Shown: piece after piece, positions 52,318-64,000 of the stretch
How the letters are laid out: each line of letters begins with the position of its first letter
Position numbering within the stretch: position 1 is the stretch's first letter
DNA from: an uncultured Gemmataceae bacterium
Lineage (GTDB): Bacteria; Planctomycetota; Planctomycetia; Gemmatales; Gemmataceae
DNA: 64,000 nucleotides
Assembly: GCA_963750165.1 (NCBI GenBank)
Contig: CAVVPN010000012.1
Span: 768,001 to 832,000 of the forward strand
Reading direction: 5' to 3'
The notes under the pieces: model-generated
Database searches by the model: none
What the model was told of the DNA's origin: nothing
Seen by the model: the letters and a program-made list of their open reading frames with translations, nothing else
Program-made: the position numbers and the translations under genes

Positions 52318-52376
52318 AGGGCGCCGATTCTCGACGTGTGAAAAAGTTGGCCCCCTTGGCCCCCTTGGCTCCCTTG
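52318..52376 (+). repeat. 59-bp direct repeat, copy B
   Basis: See 50130-50188. Confidence 0.8.
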
Positions 52377-52452
52377 CTGTGGCAATGCAGGCCGCTGGTG
52401 GTCAAGCCGTGGCCGCCGCCCCACCCCATGCGCGAACCGCGCGAGAACCGCT

Positions 52453-54324
52453 CTAGCGGAGCCCGGCCAGCCGACCCAGTTTTCGCAGCGCCCCCAGAAG
52501 CAGGTTGGCGGGCGGCGCTGGCTCGGCCACGATGACCGTCCGGTTCAGATCCTTGGCCGGGTCGCGCACGATCAACGGTGGAGTGCTGGGCTTCTTGGCC
52601 AGGACGATGTTCCGAACCTTCTGCCGTTTCTCATACGGAGGCAGCACGATCCGCAGCGGCGCCGGCGGATCTTCGGTGCTCGCCTGCTCGAAATCCCTGC
52701 CCACCAGGATCTCGACTTCGTCATGGACATCCGGCAACACCCAGTAGCACCACCTTCCCAGGGTGAAAAATTCCTGCGCCGGCAGCCGCACCGTGAACGT
52801 CCCTGGCCGCGTGAGCGGCAAATAGGTCATCGGCCGATCCGCCCTGGTGAAGTGGAGAAAAGTGATGACCGGCTGGCGCATTGCCGGCAGGGCGTGATGC
52901 GGATCCTCGACGCGGACTTGCAACTCGACCGTCTCGCGGTAGCGGTCGCGGGCCCGCCGAAGGATGTCCTCCAGGGCGTCTATCATGCCCAGGGGGTTGA
53001 CGCGCTGGACGGCACGCTTCCGCCGGGACACCGCCTCGCGCACCACCTCCCGCGCCTCCGCCAGCACCTGGTCCCAGCCGGCCGTTTCCGCCTGCACGTC
53101 ATGGAAAACGTCCAGCCGTTCGTGGACCGGGTAGATGACCAGGGGGCCGAAGTTGACGCCGATGTCGTGCGCGCTGGCGAAGCGCAGGTTGTCGGCCAGT
53201 TCGCGGATGTTGGACTTCATCACCACCGAGCCGACCGAAAAGACGCGCCGCGGCGCGTCATGGGCCGCCAGCAAGCGGAACACGTTTTTCAATACCGTGT
53301 CGTAGTTCGCCCCGGCGCAGATGCGCTCGAAGGTCGTCCGCTGGAAACTGTCCATCGACACGCTGGCGTTCAGCCGCGGGAACTTCTTGAGTTGCTCCAG
53401 CACTGTCTCGGTAATCATGACGCCGTTGGAAGTGAAGCCGAAGGTCAGGTTCGGGTTGTCCGACACCTGGAACTGCTCGTAAAAATCGCGAAAGTCCTTG
53501 ATGAGGAACGGCTCGCCACCGTGCCAGACGAACTGGCCCAGGTACGGGACATGAGCCAGCACGTCGCGCCCCGTCTCCGGGCGATGGCGAACGTTCAACT
53601 TGCGCACCTTGTTCTGGCTGCAGAAGCCGCAGTCGATGTTGCAGTCGGCGGTGCTGATGAACGAGATCATGCTCGGCCGGGCCGACAGTTCCACCTTCCG
53701 CTCCAGATACTCCTGGTAAGCGCGCTGAAGGTTGCGGCCCGACTCCGAGTCCCGAACCGTGGAGCGCAACTCACAGCTGGCCTGGCCGCGGCGGAGCACG
53801 TAGACCCGGCCGTTGCACCGTGGGTCGGAGTTATCGGAGGCGGACAGATACAGCAATTCGCCCCAGACACTGAAACGACCGCAGCCGTGCTGGCGGATGT
53901 CGGCGTGCAAACAGTTTCCTGGACCGAGGGGTTGGCCATCCTCCAGCAACTCGAAGTCCGCCGGCGCCTCGCCCTCCGCAAGCTTGAGGAACGACTCCGA
54001 GACATGGGCGACGTAGCAGTGACCGGTCTCCGGCTCGAAGTCAGCCGGCCAAACAAAGGGGGGGTATCGGCCCTGAGACCACTTGTAGGCGAGGCACTCA
54101 TGGCAGGGAAAGCCCTTGGTGTTGTCGTTAACGATCTGTAACCGCAGGCGGCGGTACTCGGGCCCGTTCCAGATTTCATCCAGGGTGTTGACATTGGTGT
54201 TGCCGAGCGGCTTGCCGGTATTGTCGTAGCCGCTCCAGAAGCAGCAGGGGACGACCTCGCCGGTCAGATCGATAATCATCTGCTGCCAGGGGTAGGCGCA
54301 GAGGTTACTTTGCTTGGTCCCCAT
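52453..54324 (-). CDS. Radical SAM protein with N-terminal SPASM/twitch-like domain
   Basis: CAYPW..I...G.V.PCC...CHEC; CNIDCGFC (CxxxCxxC); GGEP. Confidence 0.85.
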   Translation of the reverse strand: MGTKQSNLCAYPWQQMIIDLTGEVVPCCFWSGYDNTGKPLGNTNVNTLDEIWNGPEYRRLRLQIVNDNTKGFPCHECLAYKWSQGRYPPFVWPADFEPETGHCYVAHVSESFLKLAEGEAPADFELLEDGQPLGPGNCLHADIRQHGCGRFSVWGELLYLSASDNSDPRCNGRVYVLRRGQASCELRSTVRDSESGRNLQRAYQEYLERKVELSARPSMISFISTADCNIDCGFCSQNKVRKLNVRHRPETGRDVLAHVPYLGQFVWHGGEPFLIKDFRDFYEQFQVSDNPNLTFGFTSNGVMITETVLEQLKKFPRLNASVSMDSFQRTTFERICAGANYDTVLKNVFRLLAAHDAPRRVFSVGSVVMKSNIRELADNLRFASAHDIGVNFGPLVIYPVHERLDVFHDVQAETAGWDQVLAEAREVVREAVSRRKRAVQRVNPLGMIDALEDILRRARDRYRETVELQVRVEDPHHALPAMRQPVITFLHFTRADRPMTYLPLTRPGTFTVRLPAQEFFTLGRWCYWVLPDVHDEVEILVGRDFEQASTEDPPAPLRIVLPPYEKRQKVRNIVLAKKPSTPPLIVRDPAKDLNRTVIVAEPAPPANLLLGALRKLGRLAGLR

Positions 54325-54347
54325 GCCCGTCCTCCGCGGAAAAAGAC

Positions 54348-55532
54348 TCAATCGATCCGATACTGTTGCAGGGCCGGCGTCTTCTCGATGTGCGGTAGCA
54401 ACTCCCGGGCGAATATTCGGTGGGCTGTCTCGTTGGGGTGTCCCTCCCACCAACTGACCCGCCACTGCTGCTTGCCCTTCTCCCGTCGGTACGTGGCGGG
54501 GACGACCTCCATGCCGGCTTCCTTCAGATACTTCTCAGCGATGGCAGTGATCTCGTCCCCGCCCGGTATCTCGGGGAATTGATCCAGGACCATGGTCACC
54601 AGGGGGGGCAAGCCGTTGGCCACAACGTACTCGTTCATCTCCTTGACATCTCTGGCAAAGCGCGTTCGGTAGCCCTTGAAGTCGCGCAAAATGTCCTGGT
54701 AGAAGTCATACCGAACGCCATAGTGTACCAGCAGGTCGTCGTACTTCTTGGCCAGGAACGGCCCGATCCTGGTCTTGCAGAGCAGGTGCTGCTGACCGGG
54801 GAACGTGATCTCCCAGGCCATGTGTTGATACTGGCCCATGCCGGAGGGCAGAAAGTCGTTCAGACAGACGCCGTAAACCACCAGATCCGGGCGCAGCACC
54901 GGGAGCTTGGCCTTAAGGGTCTTGAGGATGTCTTCACTCTGGTCGCCACAGCGGCCCAGGTTAAGGCATTCGATCCGATAGTTTTTTCCCAACTCCCGAT
55001 CCAGGACGCGGCAGTAAGTATCTTCCTGATCGACCCCATGACCGTAGGTCAGGGAGTCTCCCAGCACCATGACGCGGAAGGTGTCATCTTTCCTGGGAGG
55101 GAACTGGCCGGCGAGGCGCATGAGGTCGGCGTTGTAGACGTGCAGCTTGCCGTGCCAGTAGTAAGCGTCAAGCGTCCCGGCAACCTGCACCGGCCGCTGC
55201 TGCCACTCCTGGGGCATGGTGAGCCCGTTGGCGCCCGCCTCCGCGTCCACCTTCTGCTTCGCCAGGTGATCGAGATAGGTCTCGAACGCGAAGATCGGCA
55301 ACAGCGTTGACCCCGAAAACAGGGCACAGACACTCAGGGAGCGGAGAGCAAGCTCCTTCTTGAAGAGACAGGCAACCAGTTCGACAAGGTACTTGAGAGC
55401 CAGTAGTCCCGCAACCCACAGAACGCCGAGACTCGCCAGCGTCGCGACGCCGCGAGATCTGGGGAAGCAGAACGCCCCGACACCGGCCAGCCCGGCGCAA
55501 ACAGCAAAGCGAATGGCTTTGGCTTTCCACAT
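54348..55532 (-). CDS. SGNH/GDSL hydrolase family membrane protein
   Basis: [20 protein letters not shown]-terminal TM helices. Confidence 0.85.
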   Translation of the reverse strand: MWKAKAIRFAVCAGLAGVGAFCFPRSRGVATLASLGVLWVAGLLALKYLVELVACLFKKELALRSLSVCALFSGSTLLPIFAFETYLDHLAKQKVDAEAGANGLTMPQEWQQRPVQVAGTLDAYYWHGKLHVYNADLMRLAGQFPPRKDDTFRVMVLGDSLTYGHGVDQEDTYCRVLDRELGKNYRIECLNLGRCGDQSEDILKTLKAKLPVLRPDLVVYGVCLNDFLPSGMGQYQHMAWEITFPGQQHLLCKTRIGPFLAKKYDDLLVHYGVRYDFYQDILRDFKGYRTRFARDVKEMNEYVVANGLPPLVTMVLDQFPEIPGGDEITAIAEKYLKEAGMEVVPATYRREKGKQQWRVSWWEGHPNETAHRIFARELLPHIEKTPALQQYRID

Positions 55533-55577
55533 GGTTGACCCATTCCCTCCTTTTCCGGGACGAAACCAGGGGACGAC

Positions 55578-56240
55578 TCAGGCTGCATCAGGAGACGCAC
55601 TGACCTGTGGGGAACCCGGATCGGCCCTGGCCGACGACGGGTAGGCTGCCAGGCTCTGGGGCCGGCTCCGATACTCGGCCCAGCTCTTGATCGCCAGGTC
55701 TCCCACCAGCGTGTCGCCAGATCGATGAAGTTGGCCCCATACACCTTGGAGACAAAGGGGAAAGTGCGCGAGGCCCGCAGGTTGCACTCGATCACCTTGA
55801 CGAAGTTGTCCCGGGCGATGAACTGAATGTTGAATGGCCCGGTGCTCTGCAGGGCGGCCGACACCTTGCGGGCGATGAGGTGAACTTGCCGTAGGGTCTC
55901 CAGGTAGGTGCGCTGCGGCGGCAGCACCAGGGTGGCGTCGCCGGAGTGGACGCCCGCGTTCTCCACGTGCTCGGAAATGGCACTGGCGACCAACTCTCCA
56001 TCCTGGGCCACGCCGTCGAACTCGATCTCCTTGGCGTTTTCGATGAACTGGGTGATGACGACCGGGTGCTTGCGCGACACCGCGGCCGCCTTGAGCAGAA
56101 ACCGCTTCAGTTCGTGGTCGGTGGCGGCCGTACCAGCACCGGGTAGCCGACTCGAATTCCACCGAACTGCCGATGCGGTAGGCCCCCGAACCGAGAACGA
56201 GGACCGCCCGGTCGCCACGAGGCCCCACATCGTCACCACT
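55578..56240 (-). pseudogene. carB: Collapsed relic of carbamoyl-phosphate synthase large subunit
   Basis: Ordered pieces: [15 protein letters not shown] / VGYPVLVRP / [18 protein letters not shown]...[14 protein letters not shown]...[16 protein letters not shown]...IDLATR / IKSWAEY, in shifting frames. Confidence 0.8.
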
Positions 56241-56265
56241 TCTCCCAGGGGAAGAGACTCGGATC

Positions 56266-56460
56266 CTAGAACATGGTGTAGATGAAGGGGGCCGCGCCGG
56301 TGCCGGCGAAGAAGCACAGCGCCGCCAGGAGCGCGATCGTCAACAGGATCGGGAGCAGCCACCATTTCTTGTTCTGCCGGAGGAAGTAGACGAACTCCCC
56401 CACCACTCCCAGGCGCCGCGGCGGCGTCGCCATCTCGAAAGCCGTCTTCTCCGGTTTCAT
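56266..56460 (-). CDS. DUF5989 (SxtK-like) small membrane protein
   Basis: [13 protein letters not shown]...AAPFIYTMF. Confidence 0.85.
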   Translation of the reverse strand: MKPEKTAFEMATPPRRLGVVGEFVYFLRQNKKWWLLPILLTIALLAALCFFAGTGAAPFIYTMF

Positions 56461-56487
56461 GGGTTCCTCCTTCGTGGCATGGATCAA

Positions 56488-56925
56488 TCAAGATTGCCGG
56501 AAATACTGCTCCGGCCCGGACGGTTGGTTGCGCGGCACCCAGTAGCTGGTGGCAGCGGGCTCGAAGCGGCGCTGCAGTGCGTCACGGCCCAGCAGGCGGA
56601 ACAGAATCGCCATCGGCGTGAACACCGCGAAATAGATGAGCAGCATTGCCAACTCGCTCACGACCATGCCGATCGGGAGCGTGACCAGAGTGGCGGCCAG
56701 GAACACTGGCTTGAGGGCGCGCGGCCACGCCAGGGCCAGTCCTCCCAGGACCGCGCCGGCGGCGAGGAAACAACCGAAAAACAGCCGTTCGCTGTCGGTC
56801 CAGTCGAGCGGCCCTGTCCGTTCCAGGACGAACCAGCCGAGCAGCGGCAGTACGACCAGGCCACACAATCCGAACTGTCGGAGCTGGCGGCGGTCGGGGT
56901 TCCAGGAGATTTCGATCAGTGCCAT
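56488..56925 (-). CDS. SxtJ-family membrane protein
   Basis: RQLRQFG, P.ALKP, PIG.VVS, FTPM...GRDAL, SYW, QS end. Confidence 0.82.
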   Translation of the reverse strand: MALIEISWNPDRRQLRQFGLCGLVVLPLLGWFVLERTGPLDWTDSERLFFGCFLAAGAVLGGLALAWPRALKPVFLAATLVTLPIGMVVSELAMLLIYFAVFTPMAILFRLLGRDALQRRFEPAATSYWVPRNQPSGPEQYFRQS

Positions 56926-56967
56926 GAGCAGCGTCCTCGCCTACGGGATGAACGGCCCTGGAGGTAA

Positions 56968-58806
56968 TCAGTCCAACTGGAACTGTCCCAGGTGTTGCCG
57001 CCGGGCGTTTTCGCTGAGCTTCTGCTGCTCCTCTCGATGAAGGATCTGGTTGCCCAGGACCAACACATCCATGTTGGTGACCAGAAAGCAACGGTAAGCG
57101 TCCTCGGGAGTGCAGACGATCGGTTCGCCGCGCACATTGAAGCTGGTGTTGATGAGCACCGGACAGCCGGTCTTTTCCTGGAACTTCTTCATGAGCTTGC
57201 ACAGCAAGGGGTGCCGTTCCCGGTCCACCGTCTGCACCCGGGCCGAGTAGTCGATGTGGGTGACGGCCGGGAGCGTTGAACGCTTGTAGTTCAGCTTCTC
57301 GATGCCGAACGCCTCATCGTAACCCGCGCCGGTCGGCGTTCGGAACTGCTCCCGTACCGGGGCGACCAGCAGCATGTAGGGGCTGTCCTCTCCCGGCCGC
57401 ATCTCGAAATACTCATCGACATGCTCGCGGAGGACAATTGGGGCGAAGGGCCGGAAGGACTCACGAAACTTGATTTTCAGGTTCATCACCGACTGCATCG
57501 TCTCACTGCGGGCGTCGCCGAGGATGCTGCGGGCACCCAGGGCACGCGGGCCGAACTCCATCCGGCCTTGCACCCAACCGACCACTTTTTCCTGGGCAAG
57601 CAGCCCGGCCACCTCCTCGCACAGGTGATCCTCGTTGACGCAACTGGTATAGATGGCCCCGAGCCGATCCAGCGTCTCGACGATCTCCTCGTCGGTGAAG
57701 GCTGGTCCCAGGAAGGAGCCCTGCTGAGTGTCCTTGCGGTTGGGCCGCCGTGGGTTTTCGAGGAGCTGATACCAGGTGAACAGGGCCACGCCCAGTGCCC
57801 CGCCGGCGTCGCCCGCGGCCGGTTGAATCCAGAGATTCTCGAAGGGGCACTCCCGCAAAATCCTGCCGTTGGCGACACAGTTGAGGGCCACACCGCCAGC
57901 CAGGACCAGGTTCTTCAGCCCCGTCCGTTTCTGCAGGTCGCGGGCCATGCGCAGCATCACCTCTTCCGTCACCGCCTGGACCGAGGCGGCCAGGTCCATG
58001 TCGCGTTGGGTGAGCAGACTCTCGGGCATCCGCGGCGAACCGCCGAATAGTCGGTGGAACTTCGCCGAGGTCATCGTCAGACCCTGGCAATAGTTGAAGT
58101 AGCTCATGTCCAACCGGAACGAGCCGTCCGGCTTGAGGTCCAGAAGGTGTCGCAGGATCAGGTCGCGGTAGACCGGCCGGCCGTAAGGGGCCAGGCCCAT
58201 GACCTTGTATTCGCCGCTGTTGACCTTGAAGCCGGTGTAGTAGGTGAACGCGGAGTAGAGCAACCCCAGCGAGTGGGGAAAGCGAATCTCATGGGTCAGT
58301 TCGATCCGGTTGCCTCGGCCGACCCCCTGACAGGACGTCGCCCATTCGCCGACACCGTCCAGTGTCAGGATGGCGGCCTCGTCGAAGGGGGAGGGGAAAA
58401 AGGCACTGGCCGCGTGGGACTCGTGATGGTCGGTGTACACGAAGCGGCCCCGGTAGCGACCCTGCAACCCTCGGTCCATCTCCCGGGTCAGGTGGAGCTT
58501 TTCCTTGATCCACACCGGCAGCGCCTGGCGGAACGACCGATACCCGGCCGGGGCGTAGGACAGGTAGGTTTCCAGGAGCCGTTCAAACTTGAGGAGCGGC
58601 TTGTCGTAGAAGCCCACGTAGTCGAGATCCTCCGGCCGAAGCCCGGCTTCCCGGAGACAATACTCGATCGCCTGGGCGGGAAGGCCGGAGTCATGCTTGA
58701 CGCGGCTGAAGCGCTCTTCCTGAGCGGCGGCGATGATCTCCCCGTCCACGACCAGGGCGGCGGCAGAGTCGTGGTAAAATGCGGACAGGCCGAGGACCGC
58801 AGTCAT
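56968..58806 (-). CDS. O-carbamoyltransferase, NodU/CmcH (SxtI-like)
   Basis: SAFYHDSAAAL, AQEERFSRVKHD, HHESHAASAF, DGVGE, EYKVMGLAPYG, GGVALNCVAN, EFGPRALG, KFRESFRPFAP, NTSFNVRGEP. Confidence 0.95.
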   Translation of the reverse strand: MTAVLGLSAFYHDSAAALVVDGEIIAAAQEERFSRVKHDSGLPAQAIEYCLREAGLRPEDLDYVGFYDKPLLKFERLLETYLSYAPAGYRSFRQALPVWIKEKLHLTREMDRGLQGRYRGRFVYTDHHESHAASAFFPSPFDEAAILTLDGVGEWATSCQGVGRGNRIELTHEIRFPHSLGLLYSAFTYYTGFKVNSGEYKVMGLAPYGRPVYRDLILRHLLDLKPDGSFRLDMSYFNYCQGLTMTSAKFHRLFGGSPRMPESLLTQRDMDLAASVQAVTEEVMLRMARDLQKRTGLKNLVLAGGVALNCVANGRILRECPFENLWIQPAAGDAGGALGVALFTWYQLLENPRRPNRKDTQQGSFLGPAFTDEEIVETLDRLGAIYTSCVNEDHLCEEVAGLLAQEKVVGWVQGRMEFGPRALGARSILGDARSETMQSVMNLKIKFRESFRPFAPIVLREHVDEYFEMRPGEDSPYMLLVAPVREQFRTPTGAGYDEAFGIEKLNYKRSTLPAVTHIDYSARVQTVDRERHPLLCKLMKKFQEKTGCPVLINTSFNVRGEPIVCTPEDAYRCFLVTNMDVLVLGNQILHREEQQKLSENARRQHLGQFQLD

Positions 58807-59273
58807 GCGGTGAACTCCTTCCGGAGACTCTGAGTTTGTGGCGGGCCTGGGCGTGCGACGGGTTGCAGGCTCATCGGCTCAGTCAGGGTGGGAAACCTAA
58901 CAGATGGGGGGATCGGATTCAAGCCCACCCAGGGCCGTTTGCTTCTTCCTCCCAACCCTCCGGCGGGGAGGCATCCCGAACGGCCCTGGCCGTGGGCGCA
59001 AGGCCGTTCCCCGGAAGCGGGTTGGGCGGTATAATGTACATAGTGCCAGGGAGGGCTTGCGTTTCATTTCATTTCACAGACCCCCTGACTGCCCCAGGGG
59101 TCGCGCCCACTCTCCACCCGCAACCTCGCACCCCGGGCAACTCCCAGCCGGGGCGGAGCCAGCAGCGAACGGCCCTGGCGTTTCCCCGATCTTCCGTGGC
59201 GGCTGCCGGGGCCATCGGCTATTGTGGATGGGGTATTCGTGACCACCCTCCCGGCCCTTCCCGGAGACCTCTG

Positions 59274-61897
59274 ATGGCACTGCGTCCTTGCCGCTGTCTG
59301 CTGGTGCTCTGCTGCTTGCTGGCGCTGCCGCTGTTCGCCCCCGCTCAGCCGCCGCAGGCGAAAGCCAAAACGGGCCGCCTCGACCGCCACGGCGTCCCGC
59401 TCCCCGAAGGGGCGGTCGCGCGCCTGGGCCACCGCCGCTTCTACAACTCGGCCGGCGTGTACGCCACCACCTTTTCGCCGGACGGCAAGATCGTCCTGGC
59501 GGTCGGGCCTGGGCAAACCAGTGGCGTGTCCCTGATCTTCTGGGAAACGGCCACCGGACGCGAAGTGCAGCGTTTCAGCACCACCGGATACAACCATGTG
59601 CGCAAGGCGGTGTTCTCCCCCGACGGCAAGACCGTGGCGCTCAACCAGGAGTCCGCCCTCGCCATGTACGACTGGCGCACCGGCAAGCTGCTGCGCACCT
59701 ACGGCAAGGACCACGACATCTACTCGTTCGCCTTCTCGCCGGACGGCACGCTGCTGGCCGCTGGCTGCCTGGGGCTGAGGGACGATTACCGTATCCGCGT
59801 GTGGGAAGTCGCCACGGGCCGCGAGCTGCCGCCGTTCGCGGGCTGCGGCGAGAGTTTCCGTCCCATCCAGTTTAGCGCGGACGGCAAGCACTTGCTGACC
59901 GGGGATGAGGCCCCAGCGAAGATGCGGCCACTTGAGAAGGGGTTCCCCGGCGGCGTCTGCGTCTGGGACGTGGCCACGCGCAAGAAACTGCACGACCTCC
60001 CCGACGCCCGCGGCCCGGTCGCCTTCGCGCCGGACGGGCAGACCATCGCCCAGGGGTGGAAGGACGGCCAGGTTCAGGTACGCACCGTCGCCACCAACCA
60101 GGAGGTTTGTCGGGTGCCGTCCCGGGCGGCGTCCTTCGGCTTCACCCCCGACGGCAAGGCGCTGGTAACGTGGGACGCGAACGATGGAGCGCGGCTGTGG
60201 GACGCAGCCACCGGCAAGGAACTCCGTCGCTTTCAGGGCTATTTCGCAAAAGAGATGCGCTGGGAGGCGTTTCCTCGGACGGCAAGTTGCTGGCACTGCT
60301 GGACGGCGACAACTGGCAGGGGGGGTATGAGGTGCGCTTCTGGGACATCGCCACGGGCCAGGAAGTCCGCCACGGCAGCGGCCACCAGGACGAGGTGAAG
60401 TGTGTCGCGTTCGCCCCGGGCGGCAAGCTCCTGGCCTCGGGCGGCCTGGACCGCACGGTGCGACTGTGGGACGCGACCACGGGCAAGGAACTGCGGACCC
60501 TGGCAGGGCACACAGCCGGAGTCACCGCCCTGGCGTTCGCCCCGGACGGCCAACGGCTGGCGTCCTCCAGTGAGGACGGCAAGGTCCGGCTTTGGGACGT
60601 TGACAATGGCAAGGAGCTGCTCCGGCTGGACGGGCCGGCGTCCAATGGCGCCACTCTGGCCTTCTCCTCGAACGGGAAACGGTTGATCGCTGGATCCAGA
60701 CCCTACCGTCCCATGATCGAGAACAGGGGGGTGCGGGGGGGCCGGGTCTGTGTCTGGGAGTTGTCGGGCGGCAAGCGGCTCCGGCAGTTCGAGACTGACC
60801 AGTACGCTACCATTTCCGCGCTCAGCCCGGACGGCGCCGTGGCCCTGGCCGCCGACGGCGTACCCGAGTTGCCGGAAGCTGCCGAGCGGGTGCGCCTGTG
60901 GGACACGGTCAGCGGCAAACGGCTTTGCGACCTCCCGCTGCGCCTGGTCCGGGACGACCGGACTTCGCTTCGCTGCCTTGGGGCCACCTTTTCCAGCGGC
61001 GGCAGGCTGATCGCCACCAGTCAAGTGGTTCAGTGGCAGGGCGGATACGACAGCTCCGCACTCCGGCTCTGGGAACGGGCGACGGGCCAGGAAATCCTGA
61101 AGATCGAGAACACGCTACCGCACTCCCTGGCCTTCTCCCCCAATGGCCGGTTGCTCGCCGCAGACAACGGTAACGTGTTCAATGCGCTTCGCCGCGTATG
61201 GGGTTGCGGCATCAACTTGTGGGATGTGCGAACGGGCGAAAAGGTTGGCCAACTTGGGGAGCACTGGTCCCGGGTCTACTGCCTGACGTTCTCTCCGGAC
61301 GGCGCACACCTGGCATCGGGCAGCGCCGACCACACCATCCTCCTCTGGGAGGTTCCGCGGCCCGCTCGGAAACCCACGCCCGCCGCGACCGCGAATCAAC
61401 TGCAAGCCTGGTGGTCCGAACTGGGTGGCGACGCCGCCGCCGCGCACAAGGCGTCCGCGCAGCTGGCCGCCCGGCCGGCGCAGGCGGTGCCGCTGTTCGT
61501 CAAGCACCTCAAGCCGGCCCCGGCGGTGGACGGTAAGCAGATTGCCGCGCTCCTCCGGGAACTCGACGACAAGCGCTTTGCGGTGCGGGACAGGGCCAGC
61601 ACCGCGCTGGAGCAGTGGGGCGAGTTGGCCGAGCCCACCCTGCGGCAGGCGCTGGCCAAACCAGCTTCCCTGGAGTATCGGCGGCGTCTGGAGCAACTAC
61701 TCGGCAAGCAGGACGGAGTGCCCGCGGCCGCCCAGCTGCGCCGGCTGCGAGCGCTTGCCGTGCTGGAGTATGACGGCGGCGCCGAGGCACGGCGGCTGCT
61801 GACGGCGCTGGCCGCGGGAGCGCCCGAGGCCCGGGTCACGCAGGAAGCGCGGGCGGCGCTGCGGCGGCTCGACGCCTGGGCCGCCCTGGGAAAATAG
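59274..61897 (+). CDS. Secreted WD40-repeat protein (apparent frameshift near 60250)
   Basis: Signal peptide; DRHGVPLPEGAVARLG; many FSPDG...WD repeats; planctomycete C-terminal helical domain (LDDKRFAVRDRA...RALAVLE). Confidence 0.88.
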
Positions 61898-61920
61898 CTC
61901 CTGGGCCAGCTCAACGCGCT

Positions 61921-64000
<2,080 letters not shown>

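Noticed and set aside
56266..58806. Saxitoxin biosynthesis
   Set aside because: Only the widespread I/J/K-like cassette is present; no sxtA, sxtG or other core genes.

Overview
GC-rich bacterial chromosomal window, almost certainly Planctomycetota (Gemmataceae-like). Support: a DUF1559 prepilin with its lipoprotein partner, 'LSVEALEARAVPA' planctomycete export motifs, LRR and WD40 proteins, and a planctomycete-type Rieske/cytochrome b complex. Content from left to right: zinc-ribbon membrane protein (partial), LRR lipoprotein, enolase-superfamily enzyme, thymidine phosphorylase + NupC, orphan DNA methyltransferase, UxaA dehydratase, histidine kinase, APH-type kinase + divergent enolase, and XPB helicase / serC / DUF790. 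Then two Rieske oxygenases, a CNNM-CBS protein, a Rieske-cyt b-subunit IV-octaheme cyt c operon followed by three cupredoxin-like paralogs, and three tandem DUF4214 surface proteins downstream of a sigma54-type DUF1559/lipoprotein/RsbW unit. The last part holds a hybrid kinase, an NtrC-type regulator, an SxtIJK-like carbamoyltransferase cluster with a collapsed carB relic, a WD40 protein and a second hybrid kinase (partial). About nine single frameshifts look like long-read errors rather than pseudogenes. The most unusual signal is in the two paralogous hybrid kinases: each carries different short-tandem-repeat palindromic elements (7-, 8- and 9-mer units) in frame at the same two homologous loop positions. 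No rRNA, tRNA, CRISPR array or transposase was seen.
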